IMG/VR virus record: IMGVR_UViG_3300044678_001935
Location: 1 to 35,981 of that record
Direction: 5' to 3' (one strand)
DNA: 35,981 bases
From: a virus
Lineage: Duplodnaviria; Heunggongvirae; Uroviricota; Caudoviricetes
The notes under the pieces were generated by a model. That model ran no database searches. It saw only the letters and a program-made list of their open reading frames with translations, and was not told the DNA's origin. Within the stretch, counting starts at the first letter, position 1; every line of letters begins with the position of its first letter. Of the stretch, positions 1 through 8,326 are shown piece after piece. The position numbers were made by a program, and so were the translations under genes.

Positions 1-117
1 ACTACTGGTCTTCTACTGAGGCTAGTTCTACTAATTCATGCAACGTGAACTTCAATAATGGTAACCAGAACACCAACAGTAAGACTAATACGAACTGTGT
101 CCGTGCCTTCAGGAGTG
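1..117 (+). ncRNA. DGR template repeat (TR), 5' end truncated by window edge
   Basis: 104/117 nt identical to 2434..2550; all 13 mismatches are at adenines of this copy; rich in AAC/AAT codons in the target frame; ends 7 nt before the RT start. Confidence 0.95.
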
Positions 118-124
118 GGAAATT

Positions 125-1156
125 GTGAGTGACATCACATTAGAGGAAGTCATAACAGCTTATTATGATTGTAGAAAAAATAAAAGGAACACTCAACAAC
201 AAATTAAGTTTGAATTTAAATTAGAATCAAATATTTACGATCTTTATAACGAACTTAAAAACCGAACATATAGACCGTCTTCTCATATCTATTTTATTAT
301 AACTAAACCAAAACCAAGAGAAGTTTGGGCTGCTAATTTTAGAGATAGGATAGTTCATCATGTTCTTTATAATAGAACAAAAGACATAGAAAATAATTAT
401 ATTTCAAATACTTATGCCTGCCTGAAGTCTAAAGGAACTCTTAACTGTGCATACGACGTACAGAAAAGTTTGAGAAAACTTTGGCCAGAAAAAGATGTCT
501 ATAGGTTTATTCATGTGGATATCGCTAATTTCTTTGTATCCATTGATAAAAAGGTGTTAAAAAAATCATTTCTACCAACTATAAGAGATGAATTTTCTAA
601 TTATCTTGCTAATATTTTTATTGACCAAGACCCAACTAAAAATTACTATTATAAAGGCGATCAAAAGTTAAGAAGACTTATAATTGAAAGAAAAACTCTT
701 TTCAATAAAGATACAGGATTACCAATTGGTAATTTAACATCACAATTGTTTGCAAATTTTTATTTGAGTGATTTTGACCATTATTGTAATTCTTTGACTC
801 CGTATTACTTTCGTTATATGGACGACATGCTTTTTTTAATACCTAAAACAACTAATAGGAGTCAATTCTTAGAAAATATTAATAATTATCTTAAAACTCT
901 TAATCTTAAATTAAACGATTCTAAGACTAAGCATAATAGACTTGATGTTGGAATTAATTTTGTTGGTTATGTAATTAGACCTTTTTCCATATATGTTAGA
1001 AATTCAACAAAATACAGAGCAAAAAGAGCCATAAATACCACATCTATAAACTCATACTTCGGTCTTTTAAGAAAAGTTAATACATACAATTTAAGAAAAC
1101 ATATCGCAACAATCAATAATTTAAACATGTTTTATTATCAAAAAATCATTTTATGA
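125..1156 (+). CDS. DGR-type reverse transcriptase
   Basis: 343 aa; motifs KPKPREVWAANFRDRIVHH, DIANFFVSID, GLPIGNLTSQLFANFYL (DGR-type GxxxSQ), YFRYMDD, GINFVGY; no maturase/endonuclease extension; GTG start. Confidence 0.95.
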   Translation: MSDITLEEVITAYYDCRKNKRNTQQQIKFEFKLESNIYDLYNELKNRTYRPSSHIYFIITKPKPREVWAANFRDRIVHHVLYNRTKDIENNYISNTYACLKSKGTLNCAYDVQKSLRKLWPEKDVYRFIHVDIANFFVSIDKKVLKKSFLPTIRDEFSNYLANIFIDQDPTKNYYYKGDQKLRRLIIERKTLFNKDTGLPIGNLTSQLFANFYLSDFDHYCNSLTPYYFRYMDDMLFLIPKTTNRSQFLENINNYLKTLNLKLNDSKTKHNRLDVGINFVGYVIRPFSIYVRNSTKYRAKRAINTTSINSYFGLLRKVNTYNLRKHIATINNLNMFYYQKIIL

Positions 1157-2058
1157 AAACAATAATAACAATAGATGGTGGCCTTGGTCGCGCCATCACT
1201 GCCTTGCCTGCATTGATTTATTATGCACAACATAATAAAGATTTTAATGTAATGATTCATGGTTGGGATTTTGTAACCTGGGGAATTCCAGAATTACAAA
1301 ATAGAACATTCAACCCTGAAACCAAAGGAGTCTTTGATAATTATTTCTGGAATGCTGATAAGGTTATCGCACCAGAGCCCTATAGAATTCCTGATTATTA
1401 TAGAAATGAAATCTCTCTAATAGAGGCCTTTCATCAAGAAATCAATAATTCAACAGATTACGATAATTTACCAAAAGATTATTTTAGGCTTTCGGTTTTT
1501 GAAGAACTGAAAGGTCATGAGGTTGTTCATTATGCAAAAGAGCATCAGAAAAAACAAAAAACTATTGTAATTCAGCCTTATGGTAGTACAGCCAATAAAT
1601 GTCCGATGGGAGTTTATGATCCATCATTCAGGTCTATTCCCGAGAAGATGTATGTTAAGTTAGTCAATCTCTTATCAAAAGACTTTAATATAATTTATAT
1701 GGGAGCTGTTGAGTTTCAGGACTATCTCTCTTATAAACCTCAACCAGATCCGAGTCTAAGAGATTGGGCTGGTATTATTAAGGCTGCTGATTATTTTATT
1801 GGTTGTGATTCTTGTGGTCAACATATGGCAAAAGCCGTGGGTAAGGACGCATCTGTATTTCTAGCCGGAACTCATAGAAAGAATGTATCTTATGAGGACT
1901 TTCATATCATTGAACGGGATGATCATTATTATCCGGCTCCTATGAGAATTTGTTCTTATGATAGTACCTTGGCTTGTAGATTAAATGAAGATAGAATAAA
2001 CTTTACCGAAGATGAAATTATGGAGACCTATGAACAGATTATGGAAAGAGCTAAATAG
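1153..2058 (+). CDS. Glycosyltransferase family 9-like (ADP-heptose:LPS heptosyltransferase-like) protein
   Basis: N-terminal DGGLGRAITALPAL, VIQPYGS and IKAADYFIGCDSCGQHMAKAVG resemble GT9 motifs; ATGA overlap with the RT stop. Confidence 0.7.
   Translation: MKTIITIDGGLGRAITALPALIYYAQHNKDFNVMIHGWDFVTWGIPELQNRTFNPETKGVFDNYFWNADKVIAPEPYRIPDYYRNEISLIEAFHQEINNSTDYDNLPKDYFRLSVFEELKGHEVVHYAKEHQKKQKTIVIQPYGSTANKCPMGVYDPSFRSIPEKMYVKLVNLLSKDFNIIYMGAVEFQDYLSYKPQPDPSLRDWAGIIKAADYFIGCDSCGQHMAKAVGKDASVFLAGTHRKNVSYEDFHIIERDDHYYPAPMRICSYDSTLACRLNEDRINFTEDEIMETYEQIMERAK
2052..2057 (+). promoter_or_regulatory. T4-like late promoter (TAAATA) upstream of the DGR target
   Basis: TAAATA about 20 nt before the ATG at 2079. 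Confidence 0.55.
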
Positions 2059-2078
2059 TTGAGAGTTATTGAATTTTT

Positions 2079-2561
2079 ATGGCGATAGTAGTAGGTCCTT
2101 CTGATTGGTGGGTAGCAACACCAGATGCTATAAACGGTTTAGCCGCTGCTTGCCCTGAAGGTACTACATTGCCGGATGGAAGTAGAATTATCTGTAGGGC
2201 TGGTGGAGTTGCCTGGATTGTTGCTCCTTCCTCCACGGAAGTTGGTCAGACCTGGAACAATTCAACAACCACATTAGTCGGGAATAAGTGTTGTGTTTCT
2301 GATTGGCCTACGTTATGCGCCAGACTTATTGCTTGTGGATTTAATCCAAATGATTGGTGTGTTCCGAATATGACAGATTTAAATAATCCTGGTTATGTTT
2401 GTAGATCTAAGTGGGATACTTTCTCGGCCACTGACTACTGGTCTTCTACTGAGGCTAGTTCTCCTATTTCATGCGGCGTGGGCTTCTATAATGGTAACCA
2501 GTTCGCCGGCAGTAAGACTAATACGAACTGTGTCCGTGCCTTCAGGCGTGTAACATATTGA
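2079..2561 (+). CDS. DGR target protein, C-type-lectin (CLec/DUF1566-like) fold, probable virion adhesin
   Basis: C-terminal YWSSTE...CVRAFRRVTY is encoded by the VR; Cys-rich; preceded by a late promoter. Confidence 0.85.
   Translation: MAIVVGPSDWWVATPDAINGLAAACPEGTTLPDGSRIICRAGGVAWIVAPSSTEVGQTWNNSTTTLVGNKCCVSDWPTLCARLIACGFNPNDWCVPNMTDLNNPGYVCRSKWDTFSATDYWSSTEASSPISCGVGFYNGNQFAGSKTNTNCVRAFRRVTY
2434..2550 (+). repeat. DGR variable repeat (VR)
   Basis: Versus TR: A>G x7, A>T x4, A>C x2, no non-A changes; 9 codons altered (T>P, N>I, N>G, N>G, N>Y, N>F, T>A, N>G, S>R). Confidence 0.95.
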
Positions 2562-2600
2562 ACTTTGTATTTTATAAACAAATAATTCAGAAAATAACAG

Positions 2601-3194
2601 ATGAAACTATACAGCCCACCCAATAACGGTTTTCCACAAGAGCTTCCTGATAGATGGAAATTTGATAATGGAGAAGTTTATACAAATCTAAAGAGTCTAA
2701 CCGATAATGAACTTTCTCTTCTAGATTGGATTGGTCCGATAGAATATCCGGTAGCAAAACAAGTTGACGATCAAGGAAATCTAATAACACCAGAATGGGA
2801 TTACGACCCAGAAACCCATAGACCTATTTGGTATAAGTATTATCGTAGGTTTATTATTGCGGATAAGAATATTGATGATATGCCATATTTAGATGGTGAG
2901 ATTGTAGAACCTCTTGTTAAACCTGATTGGACAATGTTCCAAAGAACCGCTGTTGCATCTGTAGCATTGAATCAATATATCGCCCAAATGATTCCTTATG
3001 CCCCATTAGCAGCAGTTGCAGTTCCTAGTATTCTAAGAGATGCAATTGCCAAAGGTGATTACGGTGATTTTGTAACGGTCTGGACGACCCTTAAAAGTAT
3101 TATGCCACCGCCACAACAGTTAATAACTGAGATAACAACTCTAGCGACAGCTCTAAATTTACCACAAGAATTTATTGATATTTTTAATACTTAA
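2601..3194 (+). CDS. Putative tail-fibre-associated/assembly protein
   Basis: 197 aa; N-terminal LYS..FPQELPDRW..LTDNELSLLDWIGP resembles proteins found next to phage tail fibre genes; position after the target gene. Confidence 0.4.
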   Translation: MKLYSPPNNGFPQELPDRWKFDNGEVYTNLKSLTDNELSLLDWIGPIEYPVAKQVDDQGNLITPEWDYDPETHRPIWYKYYRRFIIADKNIDDMPYLDGEIVEPLVKPDWTMFQRTAVASVALNQYIAQMIPYAPLAAVAVPSILRDAIAKGDYGDFVTVWTTLKSIMPPPQQLITEITTLATALNLPQEFIDIFNT

Positions 3195-3199
3195 GATTC

Positions 3200-3427
3200 T
3201 CAGTCTTCCATCCGAGTCTTAAGAGCAATAATGGTATTCAATAGAATAATAAGGGTATCGTAGGAGTTTTTCTCAGAATTTTTACATACTTCGGATACAA
3301 TACTTTCTTGATTCCCAAGAATAGAGAATGGTAGTTTAAAATTACAGTTTATAAAGTCTATTGCAACAATACCTATTATAGACAGTGATACTATAAACAG
3401 TAGATTATTGAGACTATTTTTTGACAT
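3200..3427 (-). CDS. Hypothetical membrane protein
   Basis: 75 aa, N-terminal hydrophobic helix; overlaps the upstream minus-strand gene. Confidence 0.55.
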   Translation of the reverse strand: MSKNSLNNLLFIVSLSIIGIVAIDFINCNFKLPFSILGNQESIVSEVCKNSEKNSYDTLIILLNTIIALKTRMED

Positions 3428-3626
3428 GGAATTTCTCCGGTTTTTCTTGATTATGAATCCAAGCCTTCAAATCACGCAAATAAGTTCTTAATAAGTTTGA
3501 TTGGTGTAGATGAAAATCGTCTCCAGTTTCAAGATGCAATTCTGTATGAAGATCAATAGTTTTTAGAATGCTGTGAATCTTAGCATTCCAAGGATCTCTT
3601 GTTTCATTGCTCCATTCTCGTGGCAT
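3414..3626 (-). CDS. Conserved cyanophage-type hypothetical protein
   Basis: MPREWSNETRDPWNAKIH...; start moved to the ATG at 3626; minus-strand TAAATA at 3635..3640. Confidence 0.65.
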   Translation of the reverse strand: MPREWSNETRDPWNAKIHSILKTIDLHTELHLETGDDFHLHQSNLLRTYLRDLKAWIHNQEKPEKFHVKK

Positions 3627-3646
3627 TTTATAATTATTTAGAGGTA

Positions 3647-3702
3647 GCCAATATACAAACTGGCACACAAGCCATGACGTATCCAGGAATCTGTGGTAAT
3701 GT
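3647..3702 (+). promoter_or_regulatory. Early sigma70-like promoter with upstream dyad box
   Basis: GCCA-N10-TGGC, ATGACG -35, TG-G-TAATGT extended -10. Confidence 0.65.
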
Positions 3703-3785
3703 ATCTGGACATTGAGAAATCTTATTATTAGTAATGATTTATTGTTAATTAACTTAAGATTAAAAACAAATTGAGGTGAGTATTA

Positions 3786-4259
3786 ATGGACAGACAACTT
3801 AAAGATGAAATTGAGTCTCTTAAAAATAGACTAAACGAATTAGAAAAACGACTGAATAATCAAAAACCACTTACTATTAATGATGCAACTGTTGGTGATG
3901 TTATGGATGGTAGGTGGATTGTTGGGCATAAAGAAGAAAAGACCGCCATTCTAGTGTCTCCTAGATACTATCAAAAGAAATTAAAGTGGGTTGATATAGA
4001 GGATGCAGCAGACAGTTATCCAGATTTGTTTATACCATCAAAGGAAATTTTTGGCTTAGTTTTTAATAATTTATGTAAGGCAGATAAAATATCAGAAGTA
4101 TTTGAATCATATATGCACTATTGGGCTTCTGATAGTACCGTTGTGAAGCCTAATAGGGTTTATCAAAATATTGTGACCGTTAGTGGTGGTTGTATAGGTT
4201 CTTATGAATTTACTGCACAAGAAGCATATGCCCGTCCTTTTAAATTGGTATGCTTTTGA
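3786..4259 (+). CDS. Divergent CLec/DUF1566-like protein (possible paralogue of the DGR target)
   Basis: Motif order DGRWIV..AILVSP / KW / DLFIPS / YWASD / ARPFKLVCF parallels DGSRII..AWIVAP / TW / DWCVPN / YWSST / VRAFRRVTY of 2079..2561. Confidence 0.45.
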   Translation: MDRQLKDEIESLKNRLNELEKRLNNQKPLTINDATVGDVMDGRWIVGHKEEKTAILVSPRYYQKKLKWVDIEDAADSYPDLFIPSKEIFGLVFNNLCKADKISEVFESYMHYWASDSTVVKPNRVYQNIVTVSGGCIGSYEFTAQEAYARPFKLVCF

Positions 4260-4263
4260 CTGT

Positions 4264-4314
4264 GGCACTTCAACAACTGGTCATGTTGACAAATCTAGGA
4301 ATCTGTGGTAATGT
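4264..4314 (+). promoter_or_regulatory. Early sigma70-like promoter
   Basis: TTGACA(4286)-N17-TAATGT(4309) with TG; shares GGAATCTGTGGTAATGTATCTGG with 3686..3708. Confidence 0.7.
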
Positions 4315-4350
4315 ATCTGGGCACTGTACAATCAATTTTATTATTTAATT

Positions 4351-4728
4351 ATGATAAGCAAACCTATTTTAAGCACAAATAAAAGAAAAATGTCCTGGCT
4401 AGAATACTTTTTCACTCATTGTATTCCAACAGGATTTAAGAATATTAAGGACTCGTTTTATTTTTGGGTTAAACTCCTTCAAGGAGATTTTGAGGATTAC
4501 CGAATCTATAATGGCCGAACTTATAAGTATAGTGACCAAGAATTGTTTGAGTTGTTAAGGAGCGATTTTTGGTATTCTTTAGAGGAGGATATTTTAGAAA
4601 AGGAATTTCTAGAGTATCTTATTGGATTAGCTGAAGATGTTGAGAGTGGAGTTGTTGAAACTATTCCATGGTCTGAGATGGATTATGATGAGTTAATTAA
4701 TCCTATTGGAGATGAAAATCTTGATTGA
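4351..4728 (+). CDS. Hypothetical phage protein
   Basis: 125 aa ORF downstream of a promoter; acidic C-terminus. Confidence 0.6.
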   Translation: MISKPILSTNKRKMSWLEYFFTHCIPTGFKNIKDSFYFWVKLLQGDFEDYRIYNGRTYKYSDQELFELLRSDFWYSLEEDILEKEFLEYLIGLAEDVESGVVETIPWSEMDYDELINPIGDENLD

Positions 4729-4978
4729 ATTTCATAATAATAGTAATGTATCAGAGAAGTGTAAAGTTTTAATTGATGAGTCAATAAATCCCGATTCTGA
4801 GCCCCTGGAGGACTTTATTGCTTTTTTAATGGAGAAGATGGTTGAAGGTTGGGAATATATTAATTTGTCTTGGGGTTATGATAGTGCAGAATTAAGTCTT
4901 CAAAAATATAGAGACGAGACAGATCAAGAATACGCCATACGATTAAACAAGAATAAAAAGGTAAAAGCCGAGGAATAA
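4712..4978 (+). CDS. Hypothetical phage protein
   Basis: ORF in the co-oriented cluster; ATG start chosen. Confidence 0.55.
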   Translation: MKILIEFHNNSNVSEKCKVLIDESINPDSEPLEDFIAFLMEKMVEGWEYINLSWGYDSAELSLQKYRDETDQEYAIRLNKNKKVKAEE

Positions 4979-4983
4979 TTATT

Positions 4984-5892
4984 ATGGAAAACTCTATTAA
5001 GATTCAAGTTATTCATTTAACAGAAGAAGAGTGTTATCTAGTAAAATTAGGTAGCACTTTTAACCATTTTGAAGTTTCCGGTCTAAGGCTCCATGGATAT
5101 CAAGAATCTGTTACAGTAAAATCTCTAGATGAGATTAAGTGTTATCGCACCATTCCTAGTACCATAACCCACTTTGAAAATAATGGGATGATAATGAGTA
5201 ATAGTGATTACAAAAACTCAGTGGATGAACTTCTCTCTAAAGGAGAAGTTCAATTTGATGATTATGTTTTTGATAGTCTAGATGATGAGTATAGATACAA
5301 GAAATTTATTAGAGACTGGCGACCAGTTTATTCTGCATCTTATGAAGAACGCACACCATTAGAGTTTGTTATTACTGAGATTAGAACGAATTCTGGAGAT
5401 CCTGATATTGTCTCATTGTGGAACTCACCAACTCTTAATGATAATAGGTTATATTCTTTTGATAGACGCAACTTTTCCATTAAACATTTTAAGGAATTGT
5501 GTGAAGAAAAACAGTTAAATTACGATATTCCAAACCATGGTGGAATTTGTTATGCAAAAATTGAAATGGCTTATATTTTTGATGATAGTGTTAATTATGA
5601 TAGAAGTCCGACTTTTATTGGTACTCTAGAACAATGTAAAGAATGTAAAAATTCTCTTGCAAAATATATTGAGAATAAAGTTCTCTTATGTACTGCTAAA
5701 AACACTGAGCTTTTAAATTCAAAAGAAGTTCTAGGAAAAATCCAAAAGGTAACAGGAAATTTAGTGAAGGTACAACCAGTTTCAAAATCAAGAGATTCGC
5801 TCAATACGGTTATTAGAGAACTTAATTCTTTAGCTGCTAAGATTGAAGCCGATATTATCAACAATGTAAAGGAAGAGGAAAACAAATCATGA
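4984..5892 (+). CDS. Hypothetical phage protein (C-terminal coiled coil)
   Basis: 302 aa ORF, no recognisable motif. Confidence 0.7.
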   Translation: MENSIKIQVIHLTEEECYLVKLGSTFNHFEVSGLRLHGYQESVTVKSLDEIKCYRTIPSTITHFENNGMIMSNSDYKNSVDELLSKGEVQFDDYVFDSLDDEYRYKKFIRDWRPVYSASYEERTPLEFVITEIRTNSGDPDIVSLWNSPTLNDNRLYSFDRRNFSIKHFKELCEEKQLNYDIPNHGGICYAKIEMAYIFDDSVNYDRSPTFIGTLEQCKECKNSLAKYIENKVLLCTAKNTELLNSKEVLGKIQKVTGNLVKVQPVSKSRDSLNTVIRELNSLAAKIEADIINNVKEEENKS

Positions 5893-6290
5893 TTATTGAA
5901 CCCAAAACAAATATTAAAGTTAAAACCGCATTGGAATCAAATAATGTGGATCAAATAAGATCTCTTTTTGAAGAATCAAAAAACACGCAAATGAAAGTTT
6001 GTTACGAAAAAACAGAAACTATTTTTTCCGGTAAAGTTATTTTTACTGGTAAAGATTTAACTATAGAAGACAGACGTAAAACATACGTTTTAAGGAATTT
6101 ATGTAAAAATCTCCATACCCCGAAAGATATTTTAGAATCTTTGATTAAAATGGGTTATTGGTTAATGTATAAAGAATCTTTTTGCTCTGATGAGTTGAAA
6201 ACCCAAATTGCGAGTTTATGGAATGACTCTAATAATATAGTAGGTGAGTATATCATCCCTCCAAATTTTAGAACTATTGTTTGTAAGTAA
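5889..6290 (+). CDS. Hypothetical protein with one degenerate LRV-like motif
   Basis: ATGA overlap; LCKNLHTPKDILESL resembles NPNTPxETLExL. Confidence 0.6.
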   Translation: MIIEPKTNIKVKTALESNNVDQIRSLFEESKNTQMKVCYEKTETIFSGKVIFTGKDLTIEDRRKTYVLRNLCKNLHTPKDILESLIKMGYWLMYKESFCSDELKTQIASLWNDSNNIVGEYIIPPNFRTIVCK

Positions 6291-6295
6291 TTATT

Positions 6296-6580
6296 ATGAA
6301 CCAAGATAATAAAGATTGGGAAACTTCGCCAATAGGTAAAAATTGGTGGGTTAGAAAGTTTAGACGACATGCTAATTTAAGACTTGTCGCTCTTGAGTCC
6401 CAAATAAGTGGAATTATAAGGTCATTGGGTTTAGAAGAACCTGATGAAGATGAAATTGAAGTATCAATTTTAGAAAGGATTGATGCGTTGGAGGAAAGAA
6501 TTAAAGAACTAGAAGACAACCCACAAACTGGCACAGGGCTTTTGACAAATCTTGATTTTTGTGCTATGATACTATCATAA
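6296..6580 (+). CDS. Hypothetical coiled-coil protein
   Basis: 94 aa; the 3' end runs through the next promoter. Confidence 0.55.
   Translation: MNQDNKDWETSPIGKNWWVRKFRRHANLRLVALESQISGIIRSLGLEEPDEDEIEVSILERIDALEERIKELEDNPQTGTGLLTNLDFCAMILS
6515..6570 (+). promoter_or_regulatory. Early sigma70-like promoter with upstream dyad box
   Basis: GACA-N10-TGGC, TTGACA(6542)-N17-TATGAT(6565), TG extended -10. Confidence 0.8.
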
Positions 6581-6592
6581 CCAAATGAAATC

Positions 6593-7012
6593 ATGACAGA
6601 CACTATTAAGCTATTTGAAACTTTAAGAGAACTTGTTGACGCTGTTGAGAGTTATAACAAAGACCCTTGGTATGAAGATCGCATTACCGATGCCTTAGAC
6701 CACGCTCACCACATCTTGGATAATAAAGAAGTCCAAGAATTACGAGAATTATGTGCTACGGCTTATCAGGTAGTTGGTGCCGCTTCCGGCCCGGTTGAAT
6801 TATTGGATAATTTATCTGCCGCCAGTAATGGAGAATGCCTTCCACACAACACTTCTGCTGGATTACCATGGACTGTAGAAGACTCAGAAAAAGAATGGAA
6901 AGTCTTAGAAGTTACATTAGAGAATCCCAATTTTGATTATTATTTGTACACGGCATATAATATTAAGCCCAGGAGAAAAAGATTGACGATAGTAAAAGAA
7001 ACTTATTTATAA
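6593..7012 (+). CDS. Hypothetical phage protein
   Basis: 139 aa ORF directly after a promoter. Confidence 0.65.
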   Translation: MTDTIKLFETLRELVDAVESYNKDPWYEDRITDALDHAHHILDNKEVQELRELCATAYQVVGAASGPVELLDNLSAASNGECLPHNTSAGLPWTVEDSEKEWKVLEVTLENPNFDYYLYTAYNIKPRRKRLTIVKETYL

Positions 7013-7020
7013 TATATCAC

Positions 7021-7164
7021 ATGAAAAAACATTATTTATTAATAGCAGGAGATCATTATTATCCTGATTCAGGAACATGAGATTGGATTGAGGGAAGAAT
7101 CTATACAGCTACATTAAAAAATAACTTGAAAAATTATGCTAAAAATTTCAGGCGGAATTACTAA
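7021..7164 (+). pseudogene. Probable degraded small phage gene
   Basis: MKKHYLLIAGDHYYPDSGT*DWI; in-frame TGA at 7078 where, from recall, similar phage proteins have GDW. Confidence 0.4.
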
Positions 7165-7351
7165 ACATCTTTGTGATGGACATTCCCCATATTATGTTAT
7201 TGAAGAATCTGACTTGTCTAACGAGGAATGGACTACCTTTAAATCGGAAGGTATCAAAAATCAATATAGCGAAAATATTTGTCCAGTATGCGGAGGATTA
7301 CATCTCATGCAAGGTGATGGGGAAATTCTCTATGGACATTGCGATAAATAA
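7136..7351 (+). CDS. Hypothetical protein (CPVCG)
   Basis: 71 aa ORF in the cluster. Confidence 0.45.
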   Translation: MLKISGGITKHLCDGHSPYYVIEESDLSNEEWTTFKSEGIKNQYSENICPVCGGLHLMQGDGEILYGHCDK

Positions 7352-7365
7352 AACACAAAAACATT

Positions 7366-7575
7366 ATGAAAACATTTTTAACTTGCTTGTTTCAAGGTCA
7401 CGATTATGAGTTACTTTCTCATAAGTCTTTTGGTCCGAGGATGACAGAAATTAAAGCCGATAACGCGAATAGCTTGCCTTTTGCATTTCACGCAGGAGTC
7501 ATAGGATATACTAAAACAGTTCAGATTTGTAAACGGTGTGGAAAAGTTAATATAACCCAAAGTTTAGGGGAATAA
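7366..7575 (+). CDS. Small Zn-binding phage protein (DUF1660-like)
   Basis: CLFQGHDY ... CKRCGK pattern. Confidence 0.5.
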   Translation: MKTFLTCLFQGHDYELLSHKSFGPRMTEIKADNANSLPFAFHAGVIGYTKTVQICKRCGKVNITQSLGE

Positions 7576-7585
7576 CAAAAACATT

Positions 7586-7969
7586 ATGTCATTATTTTCA
7601 AATTTTACAATAGACGAAGATCTAGTTGAGATTTTCAAAGAACGAGGAATAGAACTACCAAGTTATAATATTCTTGAAGATGAAAGTGCAATAACTTTTG
7701 AAGAGAAAGATTCTATCAATAAAGATCTAGTTCCTATAAAAGAATATAAAATAACCATCAATAAAGAATCCGCAACAAATCACTATAGTCAGTGGCTTCC
7801 GATTTTTAGAGAGCACTACATGAAGCATCTTTCTCTATCAGAAGATTATTGTAAAACTCTTTTAGATGGATGTCTACTTCAGGGTATTGAAAGAAAATTT
7901 AAGGAAAACCTTCTTCGTGAGGTCATTCAAAAACAAGAAGATTATCGGAGAGAGGTACATGGCAATTAA
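7586..7969 (+). CDS. Hypothetical phage protein
   Basis: 127 aa ORF. Confidence 0.6.
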   Translation: MSLFSNFTIDEDLVEIFKERGIELPSYNILEDESAITFEEKDSINKDLVPIKEYKITINKESATNHYSQWLPIFREHYMKHLSLSEDYCKTLLDGCLLQGIERKFKENLLREVIQKQEDYRREVHGN

Positions 7970-8252
7970 TTTACGCGATTATTATGAAAATAGATTTCAA
8001 GCCCAGTGTATTTTCTCCAATTATGAGACTGAAAGATATGAAAATTTTGGTGAAATCCTATACCATAAAACAGAAGATTTATCCCGAAATATGACTAGAA
8101 AAATCTTTGACACACACAAGATTGTTACAGAAGGATATGGTATTACTGTTTCTATGGATGTTTATGTTTTGACGCCAGATCAGTTGTGTAATATTATCCA
8201 GGCCGCGATGGAAGAGGGTTCAAAATTTTACTTACCAAGAAATTTTTTATGA
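7959..8252 (+). CDS. Hypothetical phage protein
   Basis: Start moved to MAINLRDYY after GAGG. Confidence 0.55.
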   Translation: MAINLRDYYENRFQAQCIFSNYETERYENFGEILYHKTEDLSRNMTRKIFDTHKIVTEGYGITVSMDVYVLTPDQLCNIIQAAMEEGSKFYLPRNFL

Positions 8253-8323
8253 TTGCAATAGTGTTGTTCTTTTTGATTTTTCCTATTGTTCTTTTTATAT
8301 TATCACTGATTCACGAGAAGTAA
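8249..8323 (+). CDS. Small hydrophobic peptide
   Basis: MIAIVLFFLIFPIVLFILSLIHEK; ATGA overlap and fills the gap between genes. Confidence 0.35.
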   Translation: MIAIVLFFLIFPIVLFILSLIHEK

Positions 8324-8326
8324 GTT

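Noticed and set aside
125-1156. RT as a group II intron, retron or Abi RT
   Set aside because: Short, with no maturase/endonuclease domain or VTG motif; the adjacent TR/VR pair with A-only mismatches identifies a DGR.
2564-2582. DGR hairpin/cruciform downstream of the VR
   Set aside because: Only a weak AT-rich TTTGT/ACAAA stem, expected by chance at this composition.
3686-4320. 23-bp direct repeat GGAATCTGTGGTAATGTATCTGG as a mobile-element end or att site
   Set aside because: Both copies coincide with the extended -10 region of early promoters; best explained as promoter duplication, though recombination between them could excise 3786..4259.
7078-7080. Stop-codon reassignment (TGA read-through)
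   Set aside because: Many intact genes end in TGA (2561, 9742, 21725, 26500), and long genes have no internal stops under the standard code.
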